From the NCBI GenBank assembly GCA_013265495.1, contig MU058065.1, forward strand, positions 6,014,302 through 6,078,301: DNA of 64,000 nucleotides, read 5' to 3'. The translations under genes and the position numbers were made by a program. The stretch is from Vicugna vicugna (taxonomy: Eukaryota). Within the stretch, counting starts at the first letter, position 1. Each line of letters begins with the position of its first letter. Below the pieces are notes generated by a model. It saw only the letters and a list, made by a program, of their open reading frames with translations, was not told the origin of the DNA and did no database searches. Shown piece after piece: positions 41,062 to 57,100 of the stretch.

Positions 41062-41757
41062 TTCCCAGTCAACACCTGCACACATGTTACTGTCCACTTC
41101 TCAACCCTGGTAGGGGGTCCCACCACACTTGGACCACAGCCCAGAGAAGCAGGTCTCTTCATTCCTCCCTAGGATAAGAAAGCCCCTCACCCCACAAGAC
41201 AAAGCTCCTGCTCACTAATGTAGTGCTGGCGCATGTGCTGTGGGATCCTTTCTCTCATCCTGTATCATTAAAGGCCGGGATGAACTAGGGCAAGGGTGTG
41301 TGGAAATTACATGGGCTGCAGTGACCTAAGTGCATGACTACTGACCTGACCCACCACCCCAGGTTTCATCTGTACCTCCCAGACAGGAGCCTCCCTAAAG
41401 CTTAGCTGGGGCCTGCTGGGAAGGAGGAGCTGGCAGAGTGGGGATTCAGCTGCTAAGGACAGGACACAGCAGGGAAATAAAGCAGAGTGGAGCGTGAGAT
41501 AGGAGAGAAAAAATGATAAAGTGCCTGAACTAAACAACCAAGTGGGACATGAGGACAGAGCAGCACAGGTCCCTGAGGATAGAAGGAAAAAGAAGGGAAA
41601 AACCACAAGGGCTTGGGGCATAGTGGAATGAGACTAGAGATGAGGCAGGGAGGCAAATGGGAAGGACTCCCCTAGCCCTGTTCACATCCACTAACCCAAA
41701 TGTAAAACTATTTACAGACTTAAAACCAATCCCAGGTACTGTACCAGGCCCGGGGCA

Positions 41758-41788
41758 GCAGCAGGCAGGCAGGCAGGCAGGCAGGCAG
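41758..41788. repeat. (GCAG)n microsatellite in the RETREG2 3'UTR
   Basis: About 7 tandem GCAG units. Confidence 0.85.
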
Positions 41789-41921
41789 AGGGTGAACTGG
41801 CTACGGTCAGACAGCCAGGTTCCCCACATATTGCTCCTCCCCATAGTAGTAGGGAAAGGAGGGAACAGTGACATCCCTGGCCAGGAAGCCCTACTGTGCC
41901 TGCAACTCCTTCCCCCATGGC

Positions 41922-44900
41922 TCATGGCTCTGCCATGGCCTGAGCCTCTTGGTCTGACTGTACCAGAGACAGGGTATTGGGCCCTAGGGGTGGAGGGGAT
42001 GGAGCATCGGGGGGCTCTGGGGATGTCTCTGGCCCTAACCCCAGCTCTGCATTCAGCTGTTCCAGCTCCCCCTGATCCAGCAACTCGAAGTCCTCAGTGG
42101 TAAGTGCCTCTTCTTCCTCAGGGGCAGGCAGGGGCTGGGGTGAGTCCTGGGGAAGAGATGGGAGTACTGATGGGGAGGGGACTGGGTCACTTTCAGCAAG
42201 GCAAAGTAGGGGTGACAGGGTGCTGGGTAGAGCAGTGAGGTCACCACTCCCTGACTCCGGGCTCAATGTCTCCACTGGTCCTCCAGAGGAAAGCATCACT
42301 CCATCTGTGGGAGACCCTGCCCCATTGAAGTGCGTGTTCACAAAGTGAAGGGGGGATGAGAGCCGAAGCAAGGTTTCCTTGGATGCCACATCTTCCTCCT
42401 CCAAGTCCAGGTCTTGCCTTGAGAGGGCCTGAGGGGGGCCCAGCAAGTCTTCGGGAGGGGCCAGCTCTGTCTCCTCTCCCTCCCCCAGCTCCCGACTCAG
42501 GGCCTCCTCTGGCTCACTTGGCAGGCTCTGCTGGTCCAAATCTGTGCAGAAAACAAAGAGCCAGGAATGGGCCTGCAGTTCTGAGTAGCTGCAGCAGGCC
42601 AATCAGTTCAAGGAGAAGTCAGGACATGGAATGCTGGACCAGACCTTTCAAGAGCTTGGAGCAGAGTTAGAGGGTCAGGTCCCCAGAGAAAACATTTATG
42701 GGGGCAACCACCAGACAGCACAGCCAGCATCCCACAACAGGGAACAGGAAGACTGGGAGGGACCAAGGGTTGCCCATACCCTCTGATACATCAGTTAGTT
42801 GTGGAGTTGTTGCCCGGGATACAGAGAAGCCACCACTTTCCAAGATAGAAGCCTCTTCATCTGACAGCTCTGAGTCTGTAATGGCCAAAGCCAGGGCTGT
42901 TTTCTTCACATCCACCTGCAGGAAAACCAGGATGAACACAACAGGTGAGGGGATAAGAGAGCCCATTTTCCAGGAGCATCTCTGCCCCCACCAATGACTC
43001 CCACTCCCTTAAGAGGTGGCTGCTCTAAAGCAGGGCGATTCTCCCCCAGCCTTCTACTTGATCCCCCATCTCCCTTGGACCTCACCACAGGGGAGAAGCC
43101 AGCCAGTTCTGCTTCACTCTCACTCTCTGTCTCCGCCAGTGGCTCATCACCTCCAGGGGGTGCATTCTTCCCCTGCCGCTCTAGAGAAGCAAGAAGAGCA
43201 GGGCAGTGACCAAGCAGGGACAGTGGTGGGGACAACATGGCCAAGGCTCTGGAGAGCATCTAAATTCCAGGGAATTTCACAAGCCACAAGCCAAGGTCCT
43301 CCCCCACTCTCCACCCCTGCCCTCTCCTGGGTCATAGGATCCCCTTACTCCTCTTGTCGTGTTTGTGATGCAGGGCATCAGCTTCTGCCTTCATGCTGTA
43401 GTCCAGCTGCATGAGCAGGGGCTCCAAGCGAGTGTACATCCTTTGGATCAGCTCATGATAAACCACCAGGGGCCATAGCAGGATACTCAGCACTAGGGGT
43501 TAGAAAATCCACTCAGAGCTCCCTATGCCTATTTCCCAAGGACCCTCATTCAACTGATGCCTACATAGAAAAGCCTGAAGGAAGACTAAGTCCTTTCCTG
43601 AGACTGTGCCAACCTCTTCCCACATCCACTGCCTTCCTCCCTAGATGACTCTTCCACTGTTACTAATACTACAGCAGCCCCTGAAGATCTCTATAAATGG
43701 CTAACTGAACAAGAGAATGCATGATCCTCCTCTTGAGTCAGTCCAGGGAAAGAAGACAAAGAGAGAACTTTCGAAAGGGCAGAGGTCAGACCCTACTCAC
43801 AGACAATGTAGGAAATCATAATCCCCGGAACATAGTGTCCCAGCACAGCCAACACAGCACAGCCAGAGCAGACGCGAGCACAAAACTGCAGAGAAGAGCA
43901 CAGGGTCTAAGAGGAACTGTAGGCTGAGGTAGGCACCCTGCTCATCTGGGTAAGAAATATTGCTGATCAATTGGTGGAAGGAGGGGTATGCCCTCCAGGA
44001 ATGTGGTGTTCCAGTTTAGTCAACAGGATGCCCAAGACCATCAATTCAGGAAGTCTGCAACAGACACTGCCAAACACCTAAAATTTAAACTTGTCTGCCT
44101 TGGCAAGAAACAGTGTCAGAACATCAGAAGCATATTCTATCTCCTGTACCAGGCTACTACCTGTAAACGTTGCCTCAGGAAGGCACCAGGCCTCATTTTC
44201 AGCCTCCAGCCAGGGAGTTCACACTATTCCTCCCCTTCCCCCCACCTCTATTTCTCCACAGTGTAGAGAACTGTTGTGTGACACGGGGGAGGTTACCTGA
44301 GCTGGATTCTGCCTCTTGTACTGCAGCAGCTCCTGCAGGTGAATCTGGAAGGTGAGCCAGCTCTCAGCCAGGTATCTGCACAACTCGGGCACACTGAGCA
44401 GGTGCGGCCGGGCGCCTGACCCCGCACCCTCACTGGGGAGACATGATATGACCCCTGGAGGCCTCAGACACCAGCTTGCTAGGCACTCAAATCCCTCTGA
44501 GAAAGCCAATGAGATCTTTAGTCTAAGGAAGGGACAACCCCACCTCCCAAAGGGAGGCTGTCCTGGTCCTAGGAAGCAAAGCCCAGTGCTCCCAACCCTC
44601 TGCCCCGAAAGGAGCAGGCATGCAAACATCTATGCAAGGACCTGGGACCAAACTTGTTATCAGTGCATTCACTATGCTGGAGTCTGTGCCTGCAGAAGCT
44701 GCAGTGTTGCCCTGACCGTGGTGGTGACACTGGCCCCAGAACAAGACAGGGTTTGGACATTTGTCTTCAAAGGGTGGCCTGCACTCACCTGTCAGAGTGT
44801 GGCTCCTCTGGGGATGATGCTGTAGAGAGAGGAGGGACACAAGTTATTAAGTGGCAGAGCTCCAGAAAACACTCCCCAAGGCAGAAATAAGTGCCCTTCC

Positions 44901-46217
44901 TCTGCAGTCCCAGGGTGCTTTCCTTAAATGCCATTTTCAGAAAATGTTATATTGTTATTGTCATTTATACACGTCCCCTTCTTTACACTTAACCTTTCTC
45001 AACAACAGGCATCACATCTTATTCATGTTTATATTCCAAACAACCCATGACAGCCCAGCACCTAGTTGCTCCAAAATATCTATTAGGTAAAGGTGTGAAT
45101 AACAAGTAAAACACAGTATGAACTAATATTCCTGCAAATCCTATCATTGTGAAGCCCTACCATAAGCAGGTAACGTGTATTAACTCATTTATTCTCCACC
45201 TTCTTATGAAGCAAGTTCTATAGTCTCTGTTTCATAGATGAAGAAACAGACAAGGAGATCGAATGACTTTTACAAGGTCACGTACATGGTAAATGGGAGA
45301 GCAGGCTGTGGAACCCAGGCAATCTGGCTGCAGAGTCCACAATCTTAACTACTCCACTCACAATAACATTAATTCCGAGAAAAAGGAAATTCTCTATTTC
45401 CTAACTAGGGGGAAATTGTGGTGCTTGGGAGGCAGGTGGCCTGCTGTACATTTCCCTCACCATTCAACCCAGTCAGGGGGGTCAGGCGCAAAACAAGTGC
45501 ACAATGGGGCTTGCTAAATGAATGAAGTAACACTGACCTGAGATGTCAGGGAGGAAGCGAGGCGGCCAGAGGTCCAGCAAAAAATAAGCCAAAAGTGAGA
45601 TGCTGAGTAGGAAGAAGGGCCGTAGGTTGGACGAAGACAGCAACCTTAGGGAGAGACAGGCACCTCAGCGGTGAGTGGGTGACAGAGGCTCCTACATCCA
45701 TCGCAAAAGGTGGAAAAGCGCCCACTGATGGGGGAATGGGAACCTCCAGGCCTAACTCATTCGACACCTGAAGACAGGAATGGGGCAACCCAGGCGGACA
45801 ACAGCCTTTAAAAACCGGGAGATGGATCAGTCCTCCAGAGCGAGCGTGAGCCCCAGAAAGGCAAATGGTACTCGGGACCCTCCCGCCCCCGCTCTCCCGC
45901 GCAGCCCGGCCCCGCCCCCTCCTCCGCGGCCGTTACCAGAAGAGGCCGTTGAGCGCAGCTGCCGTGACCAAGCTGTGAAGCGGCTTCTCCCACACCAGCA
46001 GCCGCTGCGCTGCCGCCAGCACCGCCTCCCAGCCGCGGAGCCGCAACCACAGCGTCGTGGCCAGGCGTCCCACCGCCTCGGCCGTGGCTGCCTCCTCCTC
46101 CGCCTCACCGGTGGCCTCACCCATGCCTAGGCTCAAACCCAGGCCCAGCCCGAGGCTCAGGCCCAGCCCTGGCCCCCCACCTGCGCCGGTGTTACCACCG
46201 CCACCGCCACTCGCCAT
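41922..46217 (-). CDS. RETREG2: Reticulophagy regulator 2 (FAM134A), 544 aa
   Basis: Exons 45937-46217, 45538-45644, 44789-44819, 44297-44432, 43801-43885, 43349-43492, 43086-43180, 42780-42915, 41922-42541. Total 1635 nt. MASGGGGG start, reticulon-homology domain and LIR motif EDFELL. Confidence 0.97.
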
Positions 46218-46520
46218 AGCCCCGCCGCAGCCGCTGCCCGAGCCCGCGAGGAGCCAGGGCTGCGCGGCCGCCGCCGGGGGCGCGTCAGGCGGAAGGGGGC
46301 GCACGCCGCGGAGAGGGCCGCGGAGGCAGCGGACGGCCGTCACGTGACGGCGGAGCGACGGGCCCGTCACGTGATGCGCCCTACCCGCCGGGATAGGGCG
46401 GCCCGCGCCTGCGCGCAGGCGGCTGCTGGTGATCTTGCTCCAACGCAGGTGCGTGTTTTGGCTGCGCTGGGCGGTGCTTGCTTTTTCCTGACAGGACTGT
46501 AGCCCTGCGATTCCCCACCC
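45830..46520. promoter_or_regulatory. RETREG2 CpG-island promoter with two CLEAR-type E-boxes and an NRF1-like palindrome
   Basis: GTCACGTGAC at 46339-46348, GTCACGTGAT at 46366-46375, CGCCTGCGCGCAGGCG at 46406-46421. Confidence 0.8.
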
Positions 46521-47249
46521 CAGCCGGTTTTCTTCTCCCTAGGTAGGCAGGGCGGTTAGGGAGGCTGGTCCTGGCCCGGTGTTTCTGTTGTGATGCGGCC
46601 CGAAGGGGCAGGAAATGGGCTCCCAGATACCCAGAATCCCCCGGAGGATTTGCTTCTACTCTGGAAGGGCGGCGGCCGTCCCATTACTCAATTCTTGACG
46701 TACTGGTCCTTCCAGGTCCCTCCCCTTAGCGAATAAACAAACACCAGCGCGTGACTCGACAGACTCAAAAAAAACTACTTCACCTACTCCGAAAAGTTTC
46801 CTTCCCATCTCTTTATGTAAATTCTTCCACCTGCACTCATTAGAATGCCTTCTAATCCCTTGCCCAAGCAAGAGAGTGGGGTGTGGGAGTGAATTTAAAA
46901 ATAAAACCCCGTTTAGGTGCTGTTTATTGTTTGGGGTACATGTTAACACCATTTATTGAGATTTACCAACGTTAACAAGCGCTTTATATTCCCTTGAGAT
47001 CATTTAATCGCTGCAGTAACCCCACAAAATACGTATTTAATTAGGTCCAAAAGTCCAAGCTGTACCAAAAGGAGACTATACAGTAAAAAGTAAGTGTCCC
47101 TGCCACCTTCTACACAATTCACCACTGTTAAGTTTCTTGTGTACTCTTTCCGAAGCTTTTTATCTACGTTACTCTGTGTATATGTCTCCTCTTAAAAAAA
47201 AAAAGATTGGGAGCAACTCGCTGTCCCGCGTCTGTTTATTTACATTAGC

Positions 47250-51465
<4,216 letters not shown>

Positions 51466-52115
51466 GTAGGGTTCTGAGGAACACAGTAAGAGGATTTGGG
51501 AGTCCCTGAGAACCTGGAGGAGCAGAGCTTGATCTGGGTCCTTGGCTGGTCCCCTGTCCTCCTGGGTGATGGAGCTTAAGAGGGTCATAGGGCAGAGGGA
51601 CTGAAGGTCATTTGCTCTCCTAGACCTCCGTGGCCAGCTGCTTGGCCAGAGCAGTGATGGTGCCAGGGAAGGCTTCAGCTTGCTGACTGGGGCATGTCAC
51701 AGGTGGGCAGGGGAGAGGCCCCCATCTCTCTGTCACCCCTGGTCTCCTAGACTTTTGCTTTTGAGTTTCCTAGGATGGGGCAAGGGAGGGAGGAAGCTTT
51801 GACCAGGGTCTGTGTGATGTCCCTGAGGCAAGAGAGGCAGGGACTGATAGGGCCAAGGTGGGAGCTGCTGAGGGAAGGCAGGGTGAGGTGGGAAACCCTC
51901 TCCACACCTGTCTCTGGGACGAAGTCTAGAGGAGCCAGGGGCTGCTGGGACCTCAACGCTGAGGGTTTGCCGTCTTGTCTTCCAACCTTCTCTTCTTAGT
52001 CCCCTGCTCCTGAGCTTCCCTCTCTTCCTGTTCCTCTCCTGGTGTTCTCTTCACAGGCTTCTCTGGCCACCTCTTTGTATCTGGGGTTTTCATGCTTTTG
52101 TAGAACTAAGGTTTC

Positions 52116-52121
52116 AATAAA
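52116..52121 (+). terminator. CNPPD1 polyadenylation signal
   Basis: AATAAA ~650 nt after the stop codon. Confidence 0.7.
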
Positions 52122-52664
52122 CAGTTTCGGTTGCATGGCCTGGACTCTTCCTTCTGCGGCAACCCTCGAAGAGCTTTCCCCCATATCTGCCTTCTCAGCC
52201 TCCCTACTTCCTGGCACCGTCATCTTGCAACTCATTCTCTCTGAGCCCCACTCCAGAATGTCCCTGTTGTTTGATGGTCATAGGTTCCCATTTCAAACTC
52301 CCTCTTCATCCCTGCTCCCAGCACCCTTGACCCTGCTCTTAGCACTGCTCGGCTTGGGTGCGGTGGTGAGTGTCCCATGACCATTGGTAGCCCTGTCTGT
52401 AGGAAGTTCTGAGTGAGCACCATCTTTGTGGATCCTGAAGCACATCTCATGGACAGAGGCCAAGCCGAGAATCCAGCAGAGCCCCATGAGCTCCTTGAGG
52501 GCAAGCCCAAGGACACCTTATCTCTATCCTGACTTCCTTTCTGGTCTGACACATGGTTCCAGTCAGTGTTGCTAAAGAGAATACCGAGATTGAGTTATCA
52601 TTGGAAGAAGGAAAACTGAGCAGCTAGCTGGACTGTGGGTATTTGGAACCACCTACTGTGACCC

Positions 52665-53825
52665 ACAGCAGGGGTGGTACTGCCCCCTAGCGGGTATTTT
52701 GGAAATTTACAGGGCATTTTTGATTTGAAGGGGTGGGACTTAACTGACATTAAGTTTGCCTGCGCAGGATGTCACACATCCTGAATTGCTCAGGAACCCC
52801 TCTTTTATGAAGAATTCCCAAGACAACTTTTGAATAATCAGATGGACATTATGTATATGAAAAGCCTGTTTATATTTATCTGAGCCTAGAACTATCCAAC
52901 TTTTTACATGTTAACACAATAATTTTTGCACATTTGGAAAAAGAGTTTGCCAGGAATGCACCTCTGTGTAAATTAAAACTATACTTTGCTTTTTTCATCA
53001 CTTTACCAAGAACTTGTTCACTATTTTGGAACATCAGGTTACCAATGGCAGCACATGTGTCATCAGGAAAGCACTAACATCAGTTAGTATTGTAGTTATC
53101 ACATCCATGGTGATGCTACATATGGGGGTGGGCACTGGGCTACTTCATTATCTTCTGGTTTATCTGGGCCCAGGCTTTCATATAATAAGGACATGACTGT
53201 ATGGAATATTTGTACATACTTGTCATTATGCAGTATTTATTTTTAAAGTTGGTGTATTTTTTTTTTAATTTTCATATGTCTGCACCTCAACTTTGTGGCT
53301 TAGTCATGTAAGTAGAACTATTCCGGTGATCATTGCTGCACTGTACATAGTATGTTTTAAAAGTAAAGGGAATTCCAGTTGAAAAAAAAAAGGCAAATTA
53401 GTCCTGTAATGAACACCAACTAATGCAAAACTCAAATTCATTCTGGTGATGGGATTTAACACTTTAAGTAAAACATTTTCTTTACCAAAAAAATGTATAA
53501 CTCTGTCTACTCTGGTTTTAAGGACACTATGACTTCTTCAAAAAGTACTGAGTGATATATCTCTATTTTTCAATGAGTATTATAAAAACTGTCAGTATTC
53601 AATAGAATATGTAATAAATTCATAATTACACTTGGAAAACAATTATTATAAATGTCTTGTTTTTCCTTTATATTGCAGTGTTATTACAGATTTCTTTTTT
53701 TCTCCTTTATACCACAGTGAGGACTTTATATGGCGTTGTGGTCACTGTTGTCATACATGATGTAGGGATATTTCCTTTTGAGGTTGACCAGGGGGGTGAC
53801 CCTAAAATGGTTGAAAACCATGATG
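52665..53825. mobile_element. MER20B-like hAT-Charlie relic, probably composite, with a CTCF-like motif
   Basis: Starts GGGGTGGTACTGCCCCCTAGCGGG and ends in TIR-like GGTTGAAAACCATG. The interior is AT-rich and decayed. Confidence 0.5.
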
Positions 53826-54190
53826 TAATGGTGATGGTTCCAAATGGCAGTAGTGAGGAGGGCATATAGTGTGTAAAATCTCCCCAGGCTATTTTAGTGG
53901 CTTCTGTCCCACTGCTCCTGTCCCAGAACAGGGGATGTAGAAGGATATTCTTGGGGGGGAGGGGTCCAGAACTTGGCTCCCCAGTTAATGGGTGATGGAA
54001 TTTGCACAAGAGCTGGGCAAAGGTGAAAGGGCCGTGTCCTACCCTAAATCCCTTGTCCCTTCCTTTGTTCCGCTTCGTTGACACCCCTGGCCCCTCCCTA
54101 CTCCAGGCAGCTAACTTCACTCAAACTCTGACCTCTTACTCTCACTACTTAACTCTGGCCCAGGGCAGCCAAGACAAAAGGCAGGGCAGC

Positions 54191-57100
54191 ATGAGCCGAT
54201 CACCCCACCACGCCACACAACTCCGATCCCTTGGCTCTCACGGTACCCTGGTTCCCCTGCCTCGGCAGCCTGCTCTCCAGAACTCCTCCTCTCACTCTCG
54301 GGCCTCTCTGTGTGGGCCTCCTCCCTGGGGCCTCAGCTGTCTTCTGGCTCTGCAGGTAGGAGGTGGAAGTGTAGGAGTTGGTGCTGGCTGAAGAGGGTGT
54401 TTGGAGAGAATAGGTGTGGCATGAGAAATCCTCTGGAAATGGGTATTTCTGCCTATTTCTGAAGACCTTGCCTCCCCATCCCTCCACCTGCAGCATATCT
54501 TGGTCCTGACTTCTCTGCTCTGTGCCTCCCACCTGCTCCTGCTTCGAAGTCTCCCTCCAGAACGACTCTCTTACTCCCCTGCCCAGCTCCTGGCCTCCAG
54601 CCTCTTTTCATGTGGCATGTCTACCGCCCTGCAAGCTTGGATGGGCAGCAGGTGAGGGGAACTCTGTGGAGAGGAAGCACAGGCTTGGCAGGGTCCCAGG
54701 TGATAGGAGAAGCTTGGGGAGTCTTTTTGGATGTCACGTGTTTCCAGACCTGCTGGGGCTGCTGTTCCTACAGGCTTCCTCTTGTCCAGGCTCCATCCTT
54801 AGAGTTTCTTATCCCTGCTCTGGTGCTGACCAGCCAGAAGCGAACTCTGACCATCCAGACACCTGGAAACTGTGAGCACAGAGAAAGGGCATAGGGTGAG
54901 GGTGGGGTTGGGTTCTACACTGAGCACACAGGTGTAAGTGGATGTAGAGATTGGGCAATTATGGGTGTTAGGCACTGTGGGGAGTTGGACCTGTGCCATG
55001 CAACAGCTAGAACTGTAGAGCAATCGGTCTCCACCCCCTTTACCTCTCTCCTCTCCATTCCAACTTCTCCCAGCCTCCCTTGTGCTGCGCCCGTGTAGGG
55101 GGCCTGGCTGCCATGGCCTGGAGCCCTGGAACACTTCCCTCCGAGAGGTGAGTGCCTGGGGGTAGGGGGCTAAAAGTGGTGCTGGGATTGGGGGAGGCTC
55201 TTGTTTCCATTTTTCAGGGACTGGGATGTTCTGGGGGAAGGAGCTGGGGAAGGAACCCCTCCTGGGATTAGTTAAGAAGTCCAGGCTGAGGTCAACTCGA
55301 TGGAGCCAAATGTTTTCTCTTTGTCCTCTTTGTCCTCTTCTCTACTCCACCAGGTGTCCGGGGCCGTGGTGATATCTGGGCTGCTGCAGGGCACACTGGG
55401 GCTGTTGGGGGGTCCTGGCCACTTGTTCTCCTACTGTGGGCCCCTGGTGCTGGCCCCCAGCCTGGTTGTGGCAGGGCTGTCTGCCCACAGGGAGGTGGCC
55501 CTGTTCTGCTCTGCTCACTGGGGCCTGGCATTGCTGTACGTAAGTCCTGAGAGTCGTAGGGTGGTGATGGGTGGGGTGTGCGGGAGCCGCGGGGTTGGGG
55601 GAGGGCAGGGCTGCCGGCTCTACCAGATTCAGCAGTGGTCTGAGCAGAGACAACACTTTGTGGATTTGGAATCCAGACTTTTGCTGGATTCATTTGGTCA
55701 CCCTGACTTTCACACTGTATCCTGCTGACTCCCAAGATGCCCTCCTTCCCCCTCTCTGAGGGGCTTTCTTCTCTGGGACCCCCTTTTATTGTATTCTGCC
55801 CCTCCCACCTCCATTTCCCCCCTTAGGCTTCCTGCTTCCTCTTGCTGCTAAAGCACCTTCCCTCTCCTAGGCTTGTCCTGCTCATGGTGGTCTGTTCTCA
55901 GCACCTGGGCTCCTGCCCGTTACTCCCAGGTCTCTGGAGGCCAGCTTCAACCTCTTCAACCCACACTCGCATCCCTGCCTTCAGGCTCCTCTCGGTATGT
56001 GGGGGTCTCTGCAGGGGCAGTTGAGGTTAGAAGGGCTGGCATGGATGCTCACTCCGCACCTTACCTTTTAGCTTCTGACCACTCCTCCCAGGCTGGCTTG
56101 GAAGGTTCTGGGGGAGGCGCTCTTTTCCCTCTCAGTCTTGCCCTTTAGGTGCTGATCCCAGTGGCCTGTGTGTGGATTGTCTCTGCCCTTCTGGGTCTCA
56201 GCGTCATCCCCCTGGAGCTTTCTGCCCCCATCAAAGCACCATGGTTTTGGCTGCCTCACCCGGGTAGGTTTTCTCCTAGCCCTCCATCCTCTTACTCAAA
56301 GGTGTCTATTTCTTTGAATTCAAGATTTAATGAATTTCATTTGTGAGTTGAACCCTGGATTTTCTCAAAACACACAGAGAGGAGAAATTGCCAGTCCAGG
56401 GGGGCAATGCCAGCCCCTCACCACATATGTGATATTTAGTGTTGAGACATCTGTAAGCCCACTGCTTTGGGTCTATATTCGTTACCCAATTTACACATTT
56501 TTGTTAGCTGTCCCAACAGGTATTTGCATTGGTGACTTCTGTATAAAGGTTGCTTTTGTACATGAAATTTATATATGAAAATTGTATATGAAATTTGCTC
56601 ATTCATAAATTTAATAATGGTCTATTGAGTGCTGACTGTGTGCTAGACACATGATAGGGGTTACAGTGATAAAAATGACACAGTACCTGCCCTCATGAAG
56701 CTTATAATCTGTGTGATGAAAGTTTATAATGCGGAATCTGACTTTATCAAGGAGGTCAGGAAAGGCATCTTGAGGAAGTGATCACTGAGCTGAGATGTGA
56801 GAGATGAGTAGGAGCTAACTGGGTAAAGGCATTGAGAGAAGAGCATGCTAGGTGGAGGGAACAGCAATATGCAAAGGCCCTATGGTAGCCAGCAGCCCAG
56901 CAAGTACAAGGTCCTGAAACAAGGCCAGTGTACCTGGAGTGAAGGAAGCAATGCAGAGGGAGGTAGGACATGAAGCTACAGAGAGAGGTAAGGGTCAGAC
57001 CAAAGAGGACCTAGTAGACCACAGTAAATGGATGGGTCTTTAACCTGAGTTTGATGGTTTTTTTCCCAAGACATTATCTTCAAAGACAATGGGCCTTTAG

